Below are positions 47,023-58,809 of a stretch of 64,000 nucleotides of DNA, piece after piece (position 1 is the first letter of the stretch; every line of letters starts with the position of its first letter). The translations under genes and the position numbers were made by a program. The notes under the pieces are model-generated. The model searched no databases, was not told the DNA's origin, and saw only the letters and a list, made by a program, of their open reading frames with translations. The stretch is from Macrostomum hystrix (taxonomy: Eukaryota; Animalia; Platyhelminthes): contig CATNEN010000012.1 in assembly GCA_950097015.1 (NCBI GenBank), forward strand, positions 3,410,001 to 3,474,000, in the 5' to 3' direction.

Positions 47023-50000
47023 ATGCCATTTGTGGGACTAGACTGGCGCTCGCCTGGTGACCAGTGGATCAAGACCGACTCTGGAAACTGGGAGCAGCTG
47101 CGACTGTGGCGAATTAAAATGTTCGACCATCTGAATGACAGCACAATGCGCAGGTTGGTGCTAGAATGCTTCAGTTTAACAAAAAATACCTCCTAATAAT
47201 AATAATATTATTATAATAATAATAATAATAATAATAATAATTGCTCGAGGGCTGCGGGCAATGGCACATCATTTGGTGACTATAGACCCGCAGCCAGTGA
47301 GGAGGCAATTCTGCCTGTTCTGACTCCTGAGCACACACGCACACAGATACTGTACGCAGGCACACGCTCACACAGGTGTGTACATCTGCCCTGACTTTCT
47401 CATCGTCAGGCAGTGTACACTTCACTGTGCCTTGGCGGTTGGCCCTCAAGGGGGCGTAAATTGCACGACAAGCCCCCAAGCCTTCTCACCGCGGCTGCGC
47501 CACAAATGAATGTGGCCTCGCCTTGGAATCGAACTTAGGGACCTTGGTTCGTGAGGCAAACGCGGTAACCGCTCTGCCACCGACCCCTCTAAAATACCAC
47601 TTTGAAAACCATGCTAAAAATAGCTGATTTCAGTCATAAATGAAATATAGCTATGATAAATTAAGTGACTCGCTTAAGAAATCATGATTAATATAGTTGC
47701 CTCACAAATCTCTGCTTGTAGAATGATTCGCAGCTCGTTGTCTGCCAGCGCTGGCGATGCTCAGAGCCAGGCCATGGGCACTGCAGACTCGCTACAGTCT
47801 ATTCGCCAGCCGTACGCTTTTGTGAAGAGAAAAACAACCAGAGAGGTAAGCAATGTGATCAACACTTGCATAGCAATATCTTCAATGAGTCCCCCCAGTG
47901 TCCTTCAATGAGTCCCCCCAGTGTCCTTCAATGAGTCCCCAGTGTCCTTCAATGAGTCCCCCAGTGTCCTTCAATGAGTCCCCCAGTGTCCTTCAATGAG
48001 TCCCCCAGTGTCCTTCAATGAGTCCCCCCAGTGTCCTTCAATGAGTCCCCCAGTGTCCTTCAATGAGTCCCCCCCAGTGTCCTTCAATGAGTCCCCCCAG
48101 TGTCCTTCAATGAGTCCCCCCCAGTGTCCTTCACTGAGTCCCCCCAGTGTCCTTTAATGAGTCCCCCCAGTGTCCTTCAATGAGTCCCCCCAGTGTCCTT
48201 CAATGAGTCCCCCCAGTGTCCTTCAATGAGTCCCCCAGTGTCCTTCAATGAGTCCCCCCAGTGTCCTTCAATGAGTCCCCAGTGTCCTTCAATGAGTCCC
48301 CCCCAGTGTCCTTCAATGAGTCCCCCCAGTGTCCTTCAATGAGTCCCCCCCAGTGTCCTTCAATGAGTCCCCCCAGTGTCCTTCAATGAGTCCCCCAGTG
48401 TCCTTCAATGAGTCCCCCCAGTGTCCTTCAATGAGTCCCCAGTGTCCTTCACTGAGTCCCCCCAGTGTCCTTTAATGAGTCCCCCCCAGTGTCCTTCAAT
48501 GAGTCCCCCCAGTGTCCTTCAATGAGTCCCCAGTGTCCTTCAATGAGTCCCCCCAGTGTCCTTCAATGAGTCCCCAGTGTCCTTCACTGAGTCCCCCCCA
48601 GTGTCCTTTAATGAGTCCCCCCCAGTGTCCTTCAATGAGTCCCCCCCAGTGTCCTTCAATGAGTCCCCCCAGTGTCCTTCAATGAGTCCCCCCCAGTGTC
48701 CTTCAATGAGTCCCCCCAGTGTCCTTCAATGAGTCCCCCCAGTGTCCTTCACTGAGTCCCCCCAGTGTCCTTCACTGAGTCCCCCCAGTGTCCTTCAATG
48801 AGTCCCCAGTGTCCTTCACTGAGTCCCCCCAGTGTCCTTCAATGAGTCCCCCAGTGTCCTTCAATGAGTCCCCCCAGTGTCCTTTAATGAGTCCCCCCCA
48901 GTGTCCTTCAATGAGTCCCCCAGTGTCCTTCAATGAGTCCCCAGTGTCCTTCAATGATCCCCTCAGTGTCCTCCAGTGATTCCCAACTCTAACTCTACAT
49001 ACAGTGAGTCGGATGTTTGCCTCAGTCCTTTAAAGTCCTAAGTTTTTGTTACTCCTCATAAAGGCTCTAAGGTTTATAAATTTACTCACTGTCAGCTGTC
49101 AGGATAACATTGACATTTTCTCGCTAAACCACTCCTTCCACCCGTTCGTCAGAGTCTGGTCACCACTAGCATTGGCGACGTGTTTGCTCGCCTCGACATG
49201 GACGGTGGACTGAAGGATCTGCGCAGATTCCGCTACATCACCAAGGTTGCACCTCATATTGAACTCCCGTATACTCAATCGGCACCAGTTTTCTAATTAT
49301 AAGATCCCCATCTCGCCCCTCCTCTTGTTGATTGTACAGATTGTCTACCTGCTGATAGCTGACAGACTGCACCAGGTGTCAGGCCGGGCCCAGCTTCTGC
49401 TGGTTCAGCTGGCCAAACAGGCGGCTGAGCAGGCATTGGCCAGCAAGATGTACATCGGCGTGGCCAGGTAGGCCATTAATTTTTAACTTTTGTTAATTAC
49501 AGTGGAAAGACTTATTTTACCCCTAGGTGAAGACCTCGGGGATATTTCAGATATTTCAAATACCCGCTTCATCAAATAGAGCGAAAACTTTAGCCTGAAA
49601 AATAAAAAGAATTTTTTTTCATAGCGATTGATTGAATGTTGGCATTTAAAACTGTTAACAATGTCCCGAATACGAACTCACTTAACAATGGCCAAATGAA
49701 ACCCAGGGACTCAGAGCGAGTACCACAGCATGCTGTTTACTCAATTTCTCATTTTGTGACCTCGCAGACAGCTGGTCGACGGCCTGCGCCAATCGCTTGA
49801 CGAGCATCGCTACGAGCACATCGGCAGCGAGGAGCTCTGGCGCCGGCATCGGGACGCATTGGACGAGATGCGGCTGCTGCTGGTGAGGCCCCGACCTTTG
49901 ATTCGGGTCATATTCTCAGTCCTGGGGTAGTATTGGATTCGGACATTATGCATAAATGAATGGGATTCTCAGGTGAAATGAATGGGATTCTCAGGTGAAA

Positions 50001-51434
50001 TGAATGGGATTCTCTTGTGAAATGAATGGGATTCTCAGGTGAAATGAATGGGATTCTCAGGTGAAATGAATGGGATTCTCAGGTGAAATGAATGGGATTC
50101 TCAGGTGAAATGAATGGGATTCTCAGGTGAAATGAATGGGATTCTCAGGTGAAATGAATGGGATTCTCTTGTGAAATGAATGGGATTCTCAGGTGAAATG
50201 AATGGGATTCTCAGGTGAAATGAATGGGATTCTCAGGTGAAATGAATGGGATTCTCAGGTGAAATGAATGGGATTCTCAGGTGAAATGAATGGGATTCTC
50301 AGGTGAAATGAATGGGATTCTCAGTTGAAATGAATGGGATTCTCAGGTGAAATGAATGGGATTCCCAGGTAAAACGGCTCATTTTAGCTCAAGGAACAGT
50401 CCCATTCTGTTTAATGTTTTCTTGAATGCGATTTAATCAATACTAGTGGGATAAAAATAAAATGTCAGGGAGACGCGGAAAATCCTAGCCTGACCGAGGC
50501 CTCAATCGGCGTCAACTCGCCAACTGACGCACCCGTTGACGACACCGCCGTCGCCGTAGCCGCTTCGCCGTTCGCCGCCAATCCATTCGACGCGATGCCG
50601 GCCGACTGCATTCGGCAGGTGCTGCGCCGCCTGGAAGATCCGGCCGACATTGAACGACTGGCCGGTCTTGACCGACGCCTGGCTGACCTGGCCAACGAGG
50701 ACCAATTGTGGAAACGCCTGGTGCTGTTCCACTTCGCAGGCGGCGCTGTTGGCGGCGGTGGCGGCAAATCTATCGGCGCCTGCCGCTCTCTGATTGGTCC
50801 GGCGGTCACATCGGTCGACGACTGCAATTGGCCCAGCGTCTATCGCCGACTGTTTAGACGCTGCGGCGACTCGCAGCAGTTTTATCCCGTCAGCTTGCAC
50901 CTGTGCCCCAGGTGCTCCTGCCTGTTCTGGCCGGTGAGAAGTTCCGCCGATACTTCAGCGATCTGCCCCCACCATTCCGCTGATTCTTCAGCGATCCGCC
51001 CCCCCACCATTCCGCCGTTTCTTCAGCGATCCGCCCCCCACCATTCCGCTGATTCTTCAGCGATCCGCCCCCCCACCATTCCGCTGATTCTTCAGCGCGA
51101 ATCCGCCCCCCACCATTCCGCTGATTCTTCAGCGATCCGCCCCCCACCATTCCGCTGATTCTTCAGCGATCCGCCCCCACTATTCCGCTGATTCTTCAGC
51201 GATCCGCCCCCACCATTCCGCTGAGTATTCGTGCAATATATGCTATTAGTTTTCATTTGTTCCCTATCATTTCACTCCCCAACACGCCAGAACCTCGGCC
51301 ACCCGTGCAACGTGGTCAGCTGCAACACGGAGTTCAGCCAACAGGCGGCTGATCCGGAGCTTCAGGCCGGCGAGCAGGAGGCGAAGCCGCCAAAGCCGAT
51401 CAGCCCAGAGGAGTTTGTGCGATTCTTCTTTTAA
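47023..51434 (+). CDS. FBXO32: F-box protein FBXO25/FBXO32 (atrogin-1)-like, 399 aa, 7 exons (47023-47153, 47722-47845, 49153-49245, 49340-49467, 49768-49882, 50469-50933, 51291-51434)
   Basis: Diagnostic N-terminus MPFVGLDWRSPGDQWIKT and the segment SIGDVFARLDM...RRFRY. F-box DAMPADCIRQVLRRL, then CPRCSCLFWP|NLGHPC and a terminal PISPEEFVRFFF. Phases are consistent (1200 nt). It is probably co-orthologous to FBXO25 and FBXO32. Confidence 0.93.
47193..47586 (-). mobile_element. SINE family 1, full-length copy with (TTA)n 3' tail, FBXO intron 1
   Basis: Intact head GGGTCGGTGGCAGAGCGGTTACCGCGTTTGCCTCACGAACCAAGGTCCCTAAGTTCGATTCC. An (AAT)n run on the plus strand forms the tail. Confidence 0.92.
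47880..48975. repeat. 21-25-bp minisatellite with a variable C-run (AGTGTCCTTCAATGAGTC(C)n), FBXO intron 2
   Basis: About 48 units; the poly-C length varies between units. Confidence 0.97.
49955..50372. repeat. 22-bp minisatellite (TGAAATGAATGGGATTCTCAGG), FBXO intron 5
   Basis: About 19 units. Confidence 0.97.
50940..51222. repeat. ~34-bp minisatellite (CCCCACCATTCCGCTGATTCTTCAGCGATCCGCC), FBXO intron 6
   Basis: About 8 units, starting within about 10 nt of the donor at 50934. Confidence 0.94.
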
Positions 51435-51551
51435 AATGAGGGATTTTACTGCGCAGCGCAGGTTGCCTACCTAGCAATGTATGTCGGCTATTGGATTGCG
51501 CTTGTTGTCAGTCAGCTTTAAGGGGACAGGCTATGTGTTAGCAGGCTTTAA

Positions 51552-51715
51552 GGGGGCTGTAGCTTAGTTGTTGGGCGTCCGACTCACGACTTAAAGGTCG
51601 GGGTTTCGATTCCTGACTCCACTGGAACAATTTATGTCTTTTAGCAAGACACTTATCTCTGCAGTTTTTCTGTTCACCCAGCTGTGAAATGGGAACCAGT
51701 AACAGCAGGTGTTAT
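51552..51715 (+). mobile_element. SINE family 2, second copy
   Basis: Matches 21144-21320 and retains GTTCACCCAGCTGTGAAATGGGAACC. Confidence 0.8.
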
Positions 51716-51868
51716 CAAATATTCATTTAAGGACTCAACTCGTCTGTCCTTGAGGCTAGAATAGAATGCATGGTTAGTTGGTTCCCCTTTGACCTTTTCA
51801 CCACCGTTACAGTATTATATTCTAGATTTCTGTGCTTTGGACTTCTGTGACTAGTTTCGAAGGATTTT

Positions 51869-52384
51869 GATGACCAGATCTGAAGAATCTGTATGACCAG
51901 ATCTGAAGAATCTGTGTGACCAGATCTGAAGAATCTGTATGACCAGATCTGAAGAATCTGTGTGACCAGATCTGAAGAATCTGTATGACCAGATCTGAAG
52001 AATCTGTATGACCAGATCTGAAGAATCTGTATGACCAGATCTGAAGAATCTGTATGACCAGATCTGAAGAATCTGTATGACCAGATCTGAAGAATCTGTA
52101 TGACTAGATCTGAAGAATCTGTATGACCAGATCTGAAGAATCTCTATGACCAGATCTGAAGAATCTGTATGACCAGATCTGAAGAATCTGTATGACCAGA
52201 TCTGAAGAATCTGTATGACCAGATCTGAAGAATCTGTATGACCAGATCTGAAGAATCTGTATGACCAGATCTGAAGAATCTGTATGACCAGATCTGAAGA
52301 ATTTGTATGACCAGATCTGAAGAATCTCTATGACCAGATCTGAAGAATCTGTATGACCAGATCTGAAGAATCTCTATGACCAGA
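51869..52384. repeat. 23-bp minisatellite (TGACCAGATCTGAAGAATCTGTA)
   Basis: About 22 units. Confidence 0.97.
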
Positions 52385-53191
52385 CTATGGAGTCCAAAGG
52401 CATGGACAATATTCTGCTTTGACATGCATGCTATTGATCGATCAAGCTAAACTTATCGATCGAAACGCAAAAGTAGCTGGGTGGCGTGGAAGCATTATTG
52501 AGTAGCACTTTTACTGTAACTACACCAGCTTTTTAAGAATCGTGCGGTCACAAAAATGGTTTTTTATTTACCTTTCATTTTTTCACAAACCTGTGGCCTA
52601 TAATTTCTTGAAGCCGGGAAGTTAATCGATGTTGATCTGTTTTTCCTGTCCGATTCTAGTCATTTATCAGATCAAAAGCGTTTTTACTAAGTCTAAAATG
52701 CAAATAGGAGTTAGTCCTTTATAAACTAATTCATATTAGATTATGAATTAATTCTATTAGGTTATTTCATGCATTTGACCTCCGTAAAATTGAGATGACT
52801 TCATTTGAAATATCAAGGCACCAGTTTTTATGTAAATACAACTGTGATACATTTCTCTTTAATATTTTTTCACCTCGCTATTGTGATGTCCCATTTCAAG
52901 TGCATTGTAAAAATCAGAGCATTCATCATTCCTAGATTTGCTTTTGCTAACTTCAAGTCTGTGTAACTCACGTTTTCACTATACATTTCTAGTTGTTATT
53001 CAGAGAAATATACACAACGCCACCCGTTAGTTAATGCAAACTGTTCTCACCTGAAATTAATAAACAAAAAATGAAGACAAGATTGGAACCAGCAACCATT
53101 GTACCAGAAATTTGGGTGGGTGGGCTCTGTCCACAGACTGTACATAGCCTTTGGAATAGCCGAGGCTGTTCCACTAGCTGTACATGGTCTA

Positions 53192-54153
53192 CCGGGTGGC
53201 CCATGCGTTTAAGGACAACTTAAAAATGATAAAATGTATATACATTTTTAATATAAAAACAACCAACAAACGAAAACTTTAACATTTTAACTGACCGCCA
53301 TAATGTCTAGATGGCAACTAAAAATAACATTTACTCAATGTAGCCCCCCTCCGCTGCATACACGGCTTCAATGGGAGACCGAAACTTGGTACAGGCACCT
53401 CTGATGACGGCAGGGCCCTGAGCTGACCAGGCAGCACTAACAGCAACTTGGAGAGTCTCCACGGTAGCATAAGTTGTTAAACATGCAACGCGGGCCACGT
53501 TGTTCCACACAAAGTAATCGAGAGGGGAACAGTCTGGACTCGATGGTGGCCAAGTGGTCGCATCCCAGAAGTCCTCGCCGAGCTCCCGGCGAAGAAATTC
53601 TTGAGTAGCGACAGCCGTGTGGGCAGGAGCGCCGTCCTGCTGAAAAACAAACGTACCTGGGGCAAAGTTGTGTCGAATCCATGGCAGTACATGATCCTGC
53701 AGCATGCGGATGTACTCGGCTGAGTTGATTTTCACTCCAGATCGGGGGAGTCACCCTGCCGTCCGAAGCCACGACACCGAGAAACATGGCACCTTTGGCA
53801 TGTTGCTGGCGAGGCATATAGCGGTGTTCCTCCGCAGCAGAGCTGGAGTCTCCTTTCAACTGCCGCAGCAGCTCCAACTTCTTCAATGTCGCTCTTGACG
53901 GCGTAAACAAACGACCTTGCAACATTGAGGTTCTCTGCTATCTGTGCTGGGCTTATACCCCGCGCGAGCTGGTCTACCACCATCAAACGTTTAGCGCGAT
54001 TCATGGCTAATGCTAAGTTGCCGAAAATTTTCGCGGCAGCTACAGACTATATAGATACTATTTTGTCTATGACCAAAACTATTATGCTCTAGCTACCGCT
54101 GGCTTTGCTTTCTTCTATTTTTAAGGTTGTCCTTAAACGCATGGGCCACCCGG
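53192..54153 (-). mobile_element. Tc1/mariner-superfamily DNA transposon (maT/GT-like DDxD class), internally deleted, 962 bp
   Basis: 28-bp perfect TIRs CCGGGTGGCCCATGCGTTTAAGGACAAC (53192-53219 and 54126-54153), with TA on both sides. Transposase remnants include an N-terminal HTH, MFLGVVASDG, and FQQDGAPAH...WPPSSPDCSPLDY. Confidence 0.96.
53331..54004 (-). pseudogene. Defective mariner-like transposase (frameshifts; the segment with the first catalytic Asp is missing)
   Basis: The protein is split over three frames (54004-53732, 53925-53740, 53735-53331), and no SDE-type first-Asp motif is present. Confidence 0.88.
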
Positions 54154-55197
54154 TAGGTACATGATCTATTCTATGCGTATGAGATTAACTTTTCACACTC
54201 AAACTTTATGGTCGCAACTGTTGCACTGGAACTACCAGGTGGAATCCTCCTGACAACTGTTTGTGCTGCACCCGAACGGAGCAACGCAAGCACACGAAAC
54301 TAAAAAACACGGAGTTACCTAAACAATAATCAAATCGCCAGCTCTTCCGATCGTCGACATCTTCAATAGTTCTGGCCTAAGGTTGTATTTATCCAATATG
54401 CGCTAGTGTATTTCATGCACCCCCTATTCACTAATTGGCACTGCGCCTCAGTGTGGCCTTGCCAAACTTTATCAGCATGTCACCCGAAAGTGCCTGCATC
54501 ATCACTGTCTTCGGTGGTCACCTACTTTTATCTAGACAGACTGCTGGACCTTTAACTCGTGGAACTAGGCCACTATGGACACCCGGTCGCGAATTTCTCC
54601 AAATTCACTGACGAAGCCTAAATATTTTGCACAGCTCAACCACAGGACACCATCGCCTAGTCTGTCAAGCTACCCAACGCTGTTAGAATTCAGGCACTGC
54701 CAAAAAATGTTTAGGGGGCGGGGTATAAAAACGGGCGGCAAAATAGCTTGGCAGTTCTAATGTTGAACTATTTTGCAAATAGAGTCGTTTGTTCAATATG
54801 GCACGAATTAACTGCCTTCATGGTATTCAAAATGACTGAAGGACAAGACAAGACATTTTTACATGTTAACTATAGCCAAATCAGCCAAAATGTAATTTTC
54901 GCTAAGCGTACGTAAAGCAAAACAATTCATTGGCACAAACAGTCAGCCGCTGTTAATCATTTTTGCCTCTTAGAGTTCACGAAGAAAAAAACATCAGTTA
55001 CCTAATATAAATATTTTATGAATTAAAAAATTCTGGATAATCTGTCAAACATGGTAAGCCGCGGAGCAAAATCAACAAATACTTCAGACTAGCAGGTTAA
55101 TGGGCGATCAAATTAACTCAATTCATTAAATGTTGTCTTAGACAGTCGGGCACATGTTCCAGTTTGAGTCTCCAAGGACGCCTGTTCGAGCCGGATC

Positions 55198-58100
55198 TCA
55201 AAGATAGCCGGTTAGAATTGGTCGCAGCTGAGCGAGCAGGCCGGCGGCCGCTTCAATAGCCGACTCTGGCAGGCGAGGCAGCAGCCAACGGCAGACCGGC
55301 AGGAGCCAGGCCTGTACTGAACTGCCGCCGGCCAAGTCGCCAGTCGGATGAGAGGCCAGGTCGACACAAGCAATGGGTAGGCCAGCTAGCAGCAGAGTTA
55401 GCAGGGCCAGCGCCAGGGCTACCAGGACCAGCTTGACTAGTACGGAGCAGCAGCGGCCTCCAGCCCGGGACGCAGCCTTCTTGCTAGCGTCGCACTCGCT
55501 GTCGCCGTCATCTTCGTCGTCAGCATTGTCGTCCAGAATGCTGCCGTCACCTTGGCCTTGCTTTCCTTTCTGCTGCTGCTGCTGCTGCAGTTGCTCGCGC
55601 CGGCGCTGCTTCTTCGCTTCGCGTCGTTCGGCCCGTTCGGCGGCCTCGCGGGCCTGCTGCTTGGCGGCCTCGGCGCGCTCCTCCGCTAAGCGCGCCTGAG
55701 AGAGAAAGAGAGGGTGATTAACATTAACATTTATAATTTTTCTGCCCAATCCGATAAAACAACTTTTAGAATCACTACAGTCAACTACAGTTAACTAGCA
55801 TACGCGGGACATAAAACTTTCCTGAGTAGCTTAAGCTTTTGCCCTTTGGCCATCCTACTATACTAAATGTCTAAGATCTGCTCACCTGGCGCTCCCGCTC
55901 GAGACCAGATGACACCTGTCGCATGTAGGGCACCACACTGGCCGCGCAACGTCGGCAGCCGCGCTCGTCCAGACAGTCGCCGGCCGCCTTGGCGAGGCCC
56001 GGCTCCAGGCCGTCATTGTCTTTGAGGTCTAGCCAGCGCAGTCGCTCGAGATTGGCAAAGCTGGGCGGCAGGAGACGCAGCCGATTGCCGCGCAGGTCCA
56101 GGTGCTGAAGCGAACGCAGTCGGCCAAATGAGGCGGGCAGGTAAGTCAGGCGGTTCTTGCTCAGGTCTAGTCGGATTACCTGGTCGGCTAAGTCGCCGAA
56201 ATCCTCCTGAGGGCGACGGAAACAGTCTATAATTAGACATGAGCACAGAGCACAGTTAAGTTTGTGTACACATGATACTTTATTAAGAATAAATATGATT
56301 TTTAATTGCATCTGCTTAGTTTTTACACTTTATTTTTTAACCACTAAGAAACATTTTCACATACAGGCAGCTGTTCGAGGTTGTTGCAGCTGAGGTCAAT
56401 GGTGTCCACTTTTGCCAATGCCTTCTGAAAAAAATGATGCAGTAGGCATAATGGTAATTTACAGTGAATTACAAATACAAGCACAATAAAGACCTAGCAG
56501 ACCAGTGCGGGAGACTATTTGATAGACTTTGATAAAGTCTGAATTCTGGCGAATGTCTTTCAGTCGGAATCGTCAACTCATTCGTCAATCTTGTGTGCCA
56601 GAATGCCAATTTCGCAATGATAAATGTACAGCAATCAGCCGCCAGAATAGTTCATCTACCGTCCTGCTTCTTTGGTCACGTTCAAAGCAGCAGGATGAAT
56701 GAGGCTATGCCGGTGTTTAATATGAAACACACCAGCTGTACGCAAATCATAAGCACGGTCCTCGAAAATGATCATTTTTTCCTAGTTTACATCAACACAG
56801 CAAAAAAGACACAGTCCGTCTTGGATCCGCTAAGAAACTCTGGAGCAGCCAAGACACAGTGCAGTCGGTTTTTAAAGCTGTGGAATCAGTTCTGCAAGAT
56901 GCAGGCTGTCCAGACTGGATTCGAGCTTGACAGGAATCTACCGTCAGACAGTCCACATCCGATCCTTCCAACCTGATGTTGTCAGCTGTGGAATTTTTGT
57001 GTACATGTACGCCAAAGTGATTGCAACATCTACAGATGATGAATTCAGAGGCTTGTGCATTCCGACTTCCACTGCCTTTCTTCAACGAGTGCGGTCGGTT
57101 ATTTGGACTTTTTTGGAGAAGGACGCAGAGTCTGAACTTCCATCAGCATTCATTGACCATTCAAATGACAACTGCTGCAGCAGGTGCAGCAAGGAGGTGT
57201 CTAAAAAGAGTCGAGACTGGCTCCAGTGCGACCTTTGTGATGCCTGGTTTCATATTGACTGCGCGCCTGAAGAAATGCTGCTCTGTCACAAAGCAGATGG
57301 ATTGGCTTGCTGCTGTGCATCTTATGTTTAAAAGTGAGAATGCGATGGTTGCATTAAATGTGCCAATTTAACCTGCAAATTACCACTCTATCTTTGTGAA
57401 TGCTTTACTTCAGTATGTTTTGCTATCACAACCTGTATATATTTTGCTTCATTAACTTATGTCACATAACATGAATTCATAAGTACTGTGCATAAAAAAT
57501 TGCAACTTGTATTTGACTCTAAAAACTTTGTAAAATCTAAAACTCGAGTGAAGCTTAAGACTTTGTGAAAAACTCTGCCAAAGCCAGTCCAAAGCCTGGT
57601 TAAAAAAGAGGAGGGTTCACAAATATTCTTGTAAAAAAGGAGATAACCGAAGAAAAAACCGATTTGAAATGAAAGCAGATAGAATTTGAGATTCATGAGA
57701 AAGCTTATGCCAGCCTGGTGCCTCAAACCTGACCCCCAGTGCTCCGTGATGCCAAGTCAGATGGCTCTGAAAGTCTAGTTACATACTAGTAGACAATGTT
57801 TCCTTCCGAGTCTAGAGTTTGAAGCGTCTAGCTTAATCAGAAGCTACCATTTGCAATGCAATGTACATGGGTTCAGTTTAGTACTGAGTGGGGGGCACTT
57901 GACCCCCAGTGCTCCGTGATGCTGAGTTAGATAGCTCTGAAAGTCTAGATATATACTAATGGACAATGTTTCCTTCTGAATCTAGAGTTTTAAGCATCTA
58001 GCTCAACCAGAAGTTACCCTTAATTATGTTACTGTACTTCAAAACTGTATAGCTATAGGTTCATAGTTGTGTAATAAACTTTATAACAAAAAACCAGTCA

Positions 58101-58809
58101 CTGTAGCAAGTGATTGAAATAAAAACAAATGTCTCCAAAAAAATCTATGGTCATTTGCTTTTATTTTACTGTTTTGTTGTGGATAATTGATGGAATTGTT
58201 GATTTTTTAGTATTAGACTTTATTGGAGTTGGAGTTAGGCCTACTGGAAATGTACATGTATAGGCATGGACAATGACAAGAGGCTTGAAATACTGTCTTT
58301 TTATGATATAGAAACATATAGCAATGCAGCCAGCACAAAACACAATAGAGAGCTTGCCTTGGGCACAATTTGATGCCTGCCCCCTTTTTGCTACTTTGTG
58401 GTTGGTACATGACATTTGTATTAATATTATGACTGCCTATATTTATCTATAGAACCCTACTTTTTTTCTACAAAAGAAGCATAAAAAACATTAAATATTT
58501 AAAAGGTAAATAGTAGCTCAAAGCTATCTAAAAAATATTAGCTACATAAACTAAAACACATTAACAGTAAAGGATCTTACCAATAAAGCAATTAGAGCTT
58601 GGCTAAACATTTAAGAAGTATTATGAATAACCTTTATGAAGATACTGTACATAGGCCTATGGATATGATATTTAGATAGATTTTTTCAAGCAAAGTAAAA
58701 TACAAATGGCAGCAGAAAGAAAACTACTTACAATGTCTTTAACACTAACTTCAGTTAGATTTGACATGCTCAGATCTAACTCGCGTCCATCCACATGTCT
58801 TTTATACAT
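55198..58809 (-). CDS. LRRC59: Leucine-rich repeat-containing protein 59 (ER membrane p34), about 318 aa, 4 exons (58809-58732, 56424-56365, 56206-55886, 55695-55198)
   Basis: VDGRELDLSMSNLTEVSVKDI|KALAKVDTIDLSCNNLEQLP|EDFG...WLDLKDN...LAKAAGDCLDERGCRRCA. A charged coiled coil and a C-terminal TM segment follow. All introns are phase 0. An additional upstream exon is possible. Confidence 0.92.
56520..57331 (+). pseudogene. Frameshifted Ulp1/C48 SUMO-protease-like domain plus PHD finger, probably transposon-derived, antisense in LRRC59 intron 1
   Basis: The C48 catalytic pattern H (NDHFFLVYIN), D (VLDPL) and Q-x-D-x2-SCG (QPDVVSCGIFV) is spread over two frames. It is followed by CSRC...WLQCDLCDAWFHIDC. 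Confidence 0.78.
57730..58018. repeat. Two diverged 119-bp direct repeats (57730-57848, 57900-58018)
   Basis: Colinear, both start TGACCCCCAGTGCTCCGTGATGC, with a 170-bp period. Confidence 0.88.
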
